Made by a program: the position numbers and the translations under genes. A stretch of DNA of 64,000 nucleotides from Octopus vulgaris (lineage: Eukaryota). Below, one piece after another: positions 25,642 to 35,701 of this stretch; the stretch's first letter is position 1; each line of letters begins with the position of its first letter. The DNA is taken from NCBI GenBank assembly GCA_951406725.2, contig OX597815.1:156984001-157048000 (forward strand), read 5' to 3'. The notes below the pieces were generated by a model. It was not told the origin of the DNA and did no database searches. It saw only the letters and a list, made by a program, of their open reading frames with translations.

Positions 25642-27289
25642 ATTTCTTTATTACCCACGAGGGGCTACACAGAGGGGACACTACAAACATTGGGGACATA
25701 AAACATCACAATTACAAAGAATGAAAAATTGAATTTTGAAAATGATATTATGAAAGTAATGCTAACGGCCCCTTCCGCTAGCATCACTTACCTGTCCTTT
25801 GGTTTTCACCGTCACTTGAATGTTCATTCCCAATACGAATACCTTCCATATCCATTCTTACTCCGAAATACTCCTCCATATTTTCCACGAATTCATCGCT
25901 CATTCTTATATCTTTCACCTCCCAATTCTCCCTTTCACACCTCACCATAAACTCATCTATTCTCTTCTTTTCAATCACAGCATACCTAGTCTCACCAACT
26001 TCATACCATTTATACTCTTCCTTTTAACTTCTTTCTGTTCTGTCATAGTACAAATGTTCGGCCTGGGTTCGATTTCAATCTCTTGTCTGTCTGTATTATT
26101 TTTTTTCTTTTGTTTTCTTGTTGGAGGGGAGCGGGTGGGTTCACTGTCTGCAGGGATAGGGTGGGACTCATAGGGTATGGGTGGTTTGGGGGTGGATTGG
26201 TGTTCTATGTTATTTTCTTTTCCTCTTATTCTCCTCTTCCTCTTCTTCCCAGCTTCTTTCCATTCCTGTGTATTCTCTTCCTCTTCTACTGTCTCCTTCT
26301 CCTCTGGTTTCTGCTCCTCTCTCTGTGGTTCGGAATCCATTTCTTTCACTGGAGGAGGGCAGTAAGCTCTTATGTGACCCCTCAGGCCACACTTGTAACA
26401 ACGTGGAGCTCTGCCCTCCACCCACACTCTCATGATCACGTCTCCCAATCTGATGCTTTCCGCCAGGTCCACCAGTACCTCGTTCTCTGCCTGCACGTTC
26501 AGCTCCACTGTTACGCCTCTCCAGCCCTCGGTCTTAACCGAGGTATGGAGAATATCCACTTCCTCCTCGTGGCCGCTGATCACAGCCGCCACAATCCACT
26601 CGGCCTCAACGTTTGGGGGCACTCCCTCCACCCTTACTCGTGTAATCCTTCTATTTAGATATGTAGGCAAAAGTGTTACCTTCTCGGATTTCACCGCCTT
26701 CGCCGCCATCTTCCTTGCTGCATTCTCACTTTTAAAATGTACCACTACAGTACCATACTTTGATCCTCGAGTCAGAAAATTAATCTCCTCTTCCGTTCTT
26801 CTCAGCGCCTCCTCTATCAACTCCATGTTTACAACTTCTATCTTCTTCCTTTCGCTTGCGAACACCCTGTATATGATGGTCCTTTTATCGTACCATTCTT
26901 TTCTCTTGGGTGTCGGTGCTAGTTCGACCTCACCGCTGTCCTTCTTCATATATATCTGGTAACTTGGCAGCTTGGCCAAGTCCAGCCCTTTCTCTTCCGC
27001 CTTCTTGGTCACTCCGGCATAGGTATAACCCAGCTTCATTCTCACTGCCTGTTCCAGTTCCTCATCAGTCGTGGACAAGTCTGATAGGGACTCATAGTCC
27101 ATTTCCTTCTGTCTGACAGACCGAAAACGGCCGCCCGAACAGAAAGAGTGTAACGCGTAGAACCAGCGAAACGCGAAACCGCATCAACGACGTTCAAAAT
27201 TCCGCAATAAAATAATTCAGTTTTTGTTCTTTTTTCTTTTTTACCGAATTTTACAGAGCGTAAAAAAACCACGACCGACGTCAAACGAA
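25642..27289 (-). mobile_element. ORF1-only non-autonomous non-LTR retroelement 2 (Tx1-like), ~1.65 kb, with ~15-bp TSD
   Basis: TSD gtg(c/g)tgacgtttctg at 25627-25641 and 27290-27304; 3' end cccctcgtgggtaataaagaaat. Confidence 0.8.
25975..27102 (-). CDS. gag/ORF1-like protein with CCHC zinc knuckle (375 aa; probable frameshifted continuation to 25784)
   Basis: Open ATG-started ORF; RRM-like region, VRVEGVPPNVEAEWI, VEGRAPRCYKCGLRGHIRAYC, WKEAGKKRKRR basic motif typical of L1/Tx1 ORF1. Confidence 0.8.
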   Translation of the reverse strand: MDYESLSDLSTTDEELEQAVRMKLGYTYAGVTKKAEEKGLDLAKLPSYQIYMKKDSGEVELAPTPKRKEWYDKRTIIYRVFASERKKIEVVNMELIEEALRRTEEEINFLTRGSKYGTVVVHFKSENAARKMAAKAVKSEKVTLLPTYLNRRITRVRVEGVPPNVEAEWIVAAVISGHEEEVDILHTSVKTEGWRGVTVELNVQAENEVLVDLAESIRLGDVIMRVWVEGRAPRCYKCGLRGHIRAYCPPPVKEMDSEPQREEQKPEEKETVEEEENTQEWKEAGKKRKRRIRGKENNIEHQSTPKPPIPYESHPIPADSEPTRSPPTRKQKKKNNTDRQEIEIEPRPNICTMTEQKEVKRKSINGMKLVRLGML

Positions 27290-29218
27290 GTGGTGACGTT
27301 TCTGCTACCTCGCCGCTTTCAAAGGTTAAATATATTGTTGTTGGTCAACTTTGATCATGTATATCTACGGTGAAAGCTTCCTACTTACGCTCAATCATTT
27401 CGTCTTCTGTTTCATGTTATATGGTATTTATAATAGCCGACATGTCTGTCCATTTTTTAAGGTAATATGGTGAAATTTCAGGGACATTTGGTTACTATTT
27501 CTAGTAGATTGAACAACCTCTGAGCCTTGTTGCTGGGCTCACCCGAACTCAGCTTAGAGTTATCATCTTATAAAAGTTTCAGGAAGAGCATAATTAGAAT
27601 CGGCCTGTAGTAGAATCCTGCCAATCCTATTACTTTTAATAATACAGAGACCCAATCACAGGCATCAATAAAATATTATATCCCAATCCACATTTAAACG
27701 TTAGCAGCAGGACGCAATCAGAAGTGTCAAACCTGAACATTAACTAATTATCTCTCCTGGTAAGCATACACTCTCAACACGCCCTCATCAGGGCGAGAAA
27801 ATACTTCAACACCAGCACAAACGAGCATCATCACCAACAGTAGGAATATTATCAGCAAAGTTCGTTGATGGAATTTTGTTTAACTTGTGCTGCGCCCTTG
27901 CTCATCAGAGGATAGATTTTACGTTATCTTGAGGACAGCAATTTGAATTTGTTTTGAGGAAAAATTCAGTATAGGGCAGCGATTAGCTAAAAGAACAGAG
28001 AAATATTGATATTTGTCGATCTCGTTCACCTCCAGGTCGAGTCGTTTTGCCTAGTTTTGAAATATTCTGTTTTGACGCTATTCGTTTTTTTGAGGGATCT
28101 CCTCCGGGTGAAATTTCACAGTCTGAAAGTGTTTAAACAACACGCATGCATTGTGACATCGATAGTGTGTGTGTGTGTGTGTGTGTCTGTGTGTGTGTAT
28201 CTGTGTGTAAATGCCTTTCACCACCGGACAAAATTAATTGCTGTGTTTCGTGACGATAATTCTTGTTCCGATTTCAAATCTATTCGATATCAGCTTTGCT
28301 TTTTATTGTTAAAGAACCAAAAAAGTTTATTTCTTCAATCTAAGCATCCATATAAAATAGTTAAACCAGGGCAAACTGAGACAAGTATATAAGCTTTACA
28401 GATAAAGGGAAACAAACAAAAGAAGGTAAAATATAAAAAAAAGATGAGGAAGAAAAGGAATTTATAGATTAAGAACAGTTAAATGCTTCAGTTGTTAAAT
28501 CTTTTTTGTAGCCTCACTGAATTGGAAGATCTTATTTATGGTTAGTGAATTCACCAAATATAAATTGTTTCTCCAGCCTAGGTAGGACTTTTATGACCTG
28601 TTTTAAAATGCACTGCCACTAAAGCTCGGAATTTTTGCAATACAAAAAATACTGATTATGTCACTGAATAATCTTCACAGAACGTACGTGTGATTCCATA
28701 AGACATGTGCAAGGTCGAATAGAGTTCGATTAAACCCATTACAACCCTCATCAACAACATATTCTACCATGTAACTCTGTAGCAAATTATAAATGCTGGC
28801 GCAATTTTTGATTAAATATCATTCTTTCATTGCACAATATTGCGAGTTCAACTCCAACCAAAATCAAGTTTTGTCTTTTCATTCATTTGGGGATCGTGAA
28901 ATAAAGGCCAAAAAATATACAAAAACATCACATTTTCAAGGTGAAAATGTTTCAAACTTCAAGCTACCTGATCATAAATATGTACGTGTGTGATTGTGAA
29001 TGAGTGCACATATATGTATATGTACGTATAGATATAAAAAATAGGGTACTGAAAGGTTCCTCGCTACAAGGACTGGTTGGACGTCAAACCTACCGCGTAC
29101 TTTTCAAAAATTCTTTTTAAAAATGAAGAACCGCTGCAGTAAGTGGGTGAATCACATATTTACTGATCCTCATATATTTCCTTTTATGCAAAGCAGGAAC
29201 TTTTCAACCTTCTATATA

Positions 29219-29271
<53 letters not shown>

Positions 29272-29278
29272 GTATATG

Positions 29279-29310
<32 letters not shown>

Positions 29311-29529
29311 TGTATATATATATACATACATACATACATACATACATACATACATACATACATGCATATACATACATTTGCATGTATATACATATATATA
29401 TATACGTTAGAGAGCGTAGGCTCCAAACGTAAAAGACTTTCCCACCTTCCCGAGCGCCAAACTAAAACACCTGCTTGTTGTTTATACACCTGCCTTCGTC
29501 TTTACTTTCTCTGTAAATTTTAACTATAT

Positions 29530-31210
29530 ATAACGCTCCATCCCCACAAACAACAACACCCACCACCATAATATATACTCTATTTACAACACCACTACCA
29601 CCACCAATATCTCAAACAAGGAATCCCCAAATCTGCCGTTATTCCCTGCGAGACAGTTGGGTTTGCACAGGGATTGTCCCTTTACCCATCTCCCGGGGAC
29701 TCATCGGACAAATGATAATAAAAATAAAAGCAAAAAAACCTATGACTCATATAAAAATAACCACTCATATAAAAATAACCACAACCACTGTCACCTAAAG
29801 TTCCCTAGACAGGAAACTTCTTCCTCTTTTTTTAGCTATTATGAATCTAGCAAAAGAACTGGAAAGAAACATTCGAGCTATCACCCTGCGCCATCCACCA
29901 CTATCACCCCATTGCACATGCCATTAAAAAGCAAACAAATAAACAAAACACCAAAACAACTAAAACCATCCACTCTCGCTTCAACATTTTTGCTTAACGC
30001 CCAAGGCATCAGCCCTTCCACCAATTCCTAAAAAATGGAAGATAAAATTCCTGGAGGACTGGGTTGATGCCCAGCCAAACCACATCCCTTTCTTCGTCCT
30101 CACTGAAACCCATCTCAGTAACCTCCACGTGGAAGCCGATGTGAAAGGGAAAAATTTCAAAGCCATTCTTGCTGATCGTGCTGGCAGAAGAAAGTGTGGG
30201 GGGGAGGGACTGCCATTTATGTTCATAATTCTTTCTGAACAGAGGCTGTAAACATATTTTCTAATGGATACTGCGAAGTTGTTGCTGTATTCAGTCAAAC
30301 CAACAACTTAATAGTAGTTGGGCTCTACAGACCACCCCAAACACCCCTACCATGCTTCAAGGAATGCCTCAATAACATAAATTGTTTCATCTAGCAGTGT
30401 TAACCTGACAACATCTTAATGATGGGGGATTTGAACCTCCTCGGGGTTGACTGGTCTACAAACAGTCTGCCGTCAGTTTCTTCTGTCTCAACCCCTGGCA
30501 GGGAGGCAGTGGAATCGCTTCTTGACTTCATAGATGATTTCTTCCTGTCCCAACTGGTGCTCGAACCAACGAGATGTCACAAAAACGTCCTAGACCTAAT
30601 TTTCAGCAATCACACTGACACTGTCCACAATATTGCAGTGGAGAAAACTCTACTCTCTGATCATGATATGGTTCTCTGTGATCTGAGATTTCACCGGCCA
30701 AAATGCAAAACAAATGTCATCCCTCCTGTCCATCCATTTGACACTATGGATTTCCACAACGCAAACTGGGAAGCGATCAGTCATGATCTTGCACATGTCG
30801 ATTGGTCCTTCATGCACGCACACACACACACACTAACATCAAAAAGTCCTGGCAGTCATTTGTAAACACCATTACAAACATATGTGCAAAACACATCCCA
30901 TTAAGATCTGTAAACAAATCTAAGTGCAGAATCCCTGGAAATAGAAAAACACTCATCAGGAAAATTAAAAGAACTAACAAAAAAATCAACAAGCTGAAAT
31001 ACTGTCAACAGCAGCACACCAACCTGATTGCCATCACATCACTAGAGATTAAAAAACATAATCTCCAAAACAACATGATATCTATCATCAATAGTCAGAG
31101 AAGAGCCGAAGAAGCCTGGGCTGTTGAGATCAAACTTAGTGACAAAGTGTTCTTTTCATTTGCAAAAAAACAAAAAGTCACTGGCTCTACTCTTGGCCCT
31201 CTGATTGATG
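29530..31210 (+). pseudogene. CR1/L2-like LINE fragment (end of ORF1 plus ORF2 APE endonuclease), degraded
   Basis: LLNAQGI, VLTETHL, VVGLYRPP, MGDLNL, EPTRCHKNVLDLIFSN, LSDHDMV; stops and frameshifts. Confidence 0.8.
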
Positions 31211-31265
31211 AAATATATATACATATATATACACATATACACATACATATACAGATATATATACT

Positions 31266-31307
<42 letters not shown>

Positions 31308-31350
31308 TATATACATATATATATATATAAATATATTTATATATACATAC

Positions 31351-31393
<43 letters not shown>

Positions 31394-31399
31394 CATACA

Positions 31400-31433
<34 letters not shown>

Positions 31434-31486
31434 CATACACACACACACACACATGAATATATATAATCGTACATACATATATAGAA

Positions 31487-32755
31487 TACGGTGTATAAAC
31501 TGTCGTCTAAATTTCGCATAAGTGAAAATAACACTGACATCTCATTTTAACAGATTTACCAAAATTACACAACATTATCTTGAAATACTAAACAGTAAAT
31601 TTATTCAATAAAATCGCTATTGGTTTCTACCACAGCCTCCAGACGACTTCAAAATCATCTGCAACTCTTCTGGACGGTCGCCTTGTTTAAGTAGGTGAAT
31701 GCTGCCATAATCCTTGCTTTCAGTTCATCTTTGCTGTTACAAGGAGTTTTGTTAGTGTCTCGCTCAACCGCGCTCCACATATAATAATCAAGTGGGGAGC
31801 AGTTCAGAGAGTTAGGTTTTCCAAATGTTAGTGGTGATGTGGTCGCAGAAATTGTCTGACAGCCATGACTGAGCTCTCCTGCTTCTGTGGCATGGTGCAG
31901 AGTCCTGTTGCCAGACATGGGGGCTTCCAGCGACCACCCTCTTGACCCAGGGCAGAGGTACCTCCTCCAGGCATTTTATGTAGGCCTCCATGTCGAGTGT
32001 GAGGCTGTGTAGGAAGGTGAATGGAGGTATAACGTTGCGATTACTTGTGATCATTCCAAACGCTATGATGTTGACTCTATGTTTGATTTTTATCACTCTC
32101 AGTACATGTTTTGGGAACACCATCTGTGTGTTCACCATTTGATCCTGGCAGAAATCTTTGAGAAAAACTAAAGCATGCTCGGTTTCAGGGGTGCTTGAAA
32201 ATGTTCAAAAGCTTAGTAGCGCGGTCTTTCCTCTTGGCTTTGATGACTTGGTTTAAAAATTATCTCATTGTCATCGTGTATGAGGAATACCGAATCTCTT
32301 CATGCAATACCTGCCTGATAAGAAACTCAGACACACTCACATGTCCCAGGCGATGGACCTGATTGACTTGGAGGAATCGTTGTGAATCATGGCCTGCATC
32401 TCACCAACAAATTCAGGAATCCTTTTCTTATCAGAACTATCAGGGTGAGTTTTCCGAACTGCCGTACCTTCGTAATCACCATTAGATCCATCTAGTTCTT
32501 TCCAAATCCTCTGCACTATCCTCAAATTGACACTCAAACACTCTGAAATGTTCGTATTAGAGCTTCCGGCAAGAAAACCAAGCTATACAGCATGCCGTTT
32601 CCCGAATTCTGGCTGACTGAATTGCATCATGGTGCTGTTTTTCTCACAGACGGTGTCCAGCTGACCCCACTGTGCTAACAAAATCAAAAACAAACAACAC
32701 GCATGCCCGAATTTAAAAATATAAAATGGCAACACATTATCCATTGCACCCTGTA
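31487..32755 (-). mobile_element. maT-type (DD37D) Tc1/mariner transposon, degraded
   Basis: WQQDSAPCH...WLSDNF...PNSLNCSPLDYYMWSAVER with ~37-residue D-D spacing; KSIRSIA HTH; terminal tacagggtgc on the minus strand. Confidence 0.8.
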
Positions 32756-32879
32756 TATAAGCTTAATGAGAATATACTCTGCTTATAGTGTTGTTTAATT
32801 CTTCAGTTCATTACTACAATGAATTTATTATATATAATTTAGCAAAGAAGCGAACATGATTATATATATACATTTTTCC

Positions 32880-33265
32880 GCCTTTAACCCACCAACGCGG
32901 CATATAGGCCACTTATAATTTAATTCCATATCGCATAATTTTTCTCTTCTGTACTTATACTCTGCCATGAATGTCCCCCTTTCTCTAGTTCCTTTTGTGT
33001 TGATCTCCGCCACGAGTTCTTATGCCTACCTTTCTTTCTATATCCATCCGGATTCCACTGTAAAGCACTTTTCGCTACATTTGGTGTGTCTTTTTTAATT
33101 GTGCTACCAATCCACTTCCACTTTTTCTTAAATATTTGCTCCATAATCGAAACTTGATTTGATCTTTGCCATAGCTCCATATTGCTTATGTGTTCGGGCC
33201 ATCTAATTTTAAGTATACTACGCAAGCATCTGTTGATGAATGATTGTATTTGCTTATTTGACTTA
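32880..33265 (-). pseudogene. RTE-clade LINE 3' fragment
   Basis: RSILKIRWPEHISNMELW...KWKWIG...KSALQWNPDGYRKKGRHKNSWRR. Confidence 0.8.
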
Positions 33266-33859
33266 ACTGATATATATACTTACGTTCCATGTGTGTGTGT
33301 GTGTGTGTATGTGTGTATAACATTTATATGATTACATATATAATTTGACGTATAATTTATGCGAATACACATTATGTTATACTTATTATCCTTCAATGTT
33401 AATAGCGGAGTTTATTTTTTCATTTCTTTTTGACCCACTTTGCAATCAGTGTCATATCAAAATCTTCTAATGGCACTTTATTGATTTTCTTTAGTGCTTG
33501 CCTCGCTGGAATCTAACACATACTCCTCTTGAAATTATATTCTACAAATTAAATGTCTTAGAAATGAAGTATACATGAATTATATTCCCTACCTTATACA
33601 TAACAGCTTACCACTTACTCATCTTTGCTTTCGCTTATCTACAACTGAGATGTGCAGTAACATTGATTACAACTTTATCTATTTATAACTTAATATATCC
33701 CTTATTATCTACCAAAATTTACATTATGTATTTTCCTTGTTTTTTTTCTGCCGATTTTCCCATGTCTATGCATAAACGCAGCAGGCGTTCTGACTGTGCC
33801 GCCACACCGGTGTTCTTTAAACAACAGATGAACGGCCTTAGGCTCACTTCAGATGATAT

Positions 33860-34330
33860 GTGAAGCTGATGGACAGGGTTACTGCTGGAAGGCCATATGT
33901 GTGGCAGCAGGATTCGAGCCCCCTACCATACCACCGGAAAGTATCAGTTGTGGTTGTCGGAGAAGTTCAATTACGTCACCAGCCCCAATTTCTGTCCGCC
34001 AAATTCCCCTGATAGAAATCCCATGGATTATTATGTGCAGGGTGCAGTTGAGAGGGACATCAACTGCTCTGCCTACAACACCAAGGCCGAGATGGTGTCC
34101 AAGATCAAGGAGGTATTCGATGATCTTCCCAGGGACATAATAAGGAGCTCAAGCGCCAGGTTTCGGAGTCGTCTTAACGCTGTGGTGAAAGTTGAGGGCT
34201 ACCACTTTGAGTAAACTGTTATCACCCAGCCACAGTTTTGTTGATTTTTTTTTGATTTTTTTAAATGCTTTTACCTTCAGATGTGATACCGAGTTTTCTT
34301 TTCTCTTTAAATAAACTATCAAATTTAGCA
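33860..34330 (+). pseudogene. maT-type transposase 3' fragment
   Basis: APYHTT...WLSEKF...PPNSPDRNPMDYYVQGAVERD...RFRSRLNAVVKVEGYHFE. Confidence 0.75.
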
Positions 34331-34580
34331 CGAACACTCAGCATATGTCGACATACAGGCTACTACACACACACATACACACACACAAATACGTGTGTGT
34401 GTGTAGTGTATTGTTTTGTGATGGTAAGATCAATAAAAATGTACTACATCTGGTGAAAGATAAATATTATTTAATAAACACAATGTTCTTTATGTGATAC
34501 TATTTCTCTCATGCGATGAAAGTATCTCACACAACATTTTTTAACGTCTGGTGACTTAGGTAGATAATATTTGTCGCCGT

Positions 34581-35050
34581 AAGGCGGTGAGCTGACAATC
34601 GTTACTGCGTCGCACAAAATGTTTAGCGGCATTCTGATTAAAAAATTTTTTTTTTTATTACCCACAAGGGGCGATGCAGAAGGGACATTACAAAACATTG
34701 GGGACATAGAACATAATAATTAAATTTATGAAAAATGAATTATTAAATGAAAAAATGATAATATGAAAGTGATACTAACGGCCCCATCCGCTAGCATCAC
34801 TTACCTGTCCTTCGTACCCTATCATCCATTGTTCTCCCCAATTTGAAAATACATATTCTCCAAGTCTATCGCATATCTTTCTTTAAGTTTAGCGGCATTC
34901 TGTCTGCCTTTAGATTCGGCGTTCAAACGCCGCTGAGGTCGACTTTCATTCTTTTGGGGCTGATAAAATAAATACCAGTTGAATCTTGGGGTTGATGTAA
35001 TCGACTTACCCCCTCCTCCAAAACTGCTGGACTTGTGCCAAAACTTGAAA
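34581..35050 (+). mobile_element. SINE family B copy interrupted by a 250-bp insert
   Basis: aaggcggtgagctg head, insert, then gaggtcgactttcattc...ataaataccag core and tail. Confidence 0.75.
34637..34886 (-). mobile_element. 5'-truncated copy of the ORF1-only element family with 16-bp TSD
   Basis: TSD gtttagcggcattctg at 34621-34636 and 34887-34902; ctaacggcccc.tccgctagcatcacttacctgtcc matches ~25762-25798. Confidence 0.8.
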
Positions 35051-35620
35051 CTAATATTCATCGATGTAAACAAGGCAAATATAATACTCTTTTCTTTATT
35101 AACCATGTAAATTAAAGGCAAATATAATACTAGCAGTTTAGCGGTCAATACTTCTGAGATATTTTTAATAAGATTATGAGCAAAAATAGTATATTTTTGT
35201 TTATTTTCTACGTAAATTTACCACATTTTCCTGGCTCTAGATTAGATTTCTTGAGCAAGTTACATTTTCCATCTTAAGTTAATGATTACATATCAACGGA
35301 AATAACTGTTTTAATATTTTCTGGGGAAGCGGTAGCATGAATTAAAAAAATCAGATAATAGAAAAAAAGAAAAGGAGTGAAGGTATAGTTAAAAAAAAAA
35401 GAAAAGGAAAAGACGTAAGCAGTAAAAGCTTGACTAAATTAGAGGCAAAAAGAAAAGGAGGAATGGAAAAACAAAGGAAAGGAAATAGAGAGGAAGGGAT
35501 ATGGTTAGTAGTAGCAGAACAAACGAGAGCAATGAGGAGGGACGGAAAAGCATAAAAGGAACAAATGCACAGGCGGTAATTTGTTGAAAGTAGTCATTCT
35601 TGACATTGCTAGCATTTACG

Positions 35621-35701
35621 ATGAAGCTGCAAGTATGTGTTGTTCTACTATTATGCAGTTTTATCCGAGCGGAGGAAAGTGGCAACTACAACTTTTCAAG
35701 T
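35621..35701 (+). CDS. Astacin gene exon: signal peptide MKLQVCVVLLLCSFIRAEESGNYNFSS
   Basis: ATG, hydrophobic core, donor gttcgt, phase 0. Confidence 0.65.

Noticed and set aside
24329-26962. Plus-strand F/S/L-rich ORFs
   Set aside because: Antisense shadows of the K/E-rich minus-strand ORF1 sequences
23618-27289. LTR retrotransposon interpretation (gag with LTRs)
   Set aside because: No long terminal repeats, PBS or TG...CA ends; TSDs are 15-19 bp and a 5'-truncated copy exists, as expected for non-LTR elements
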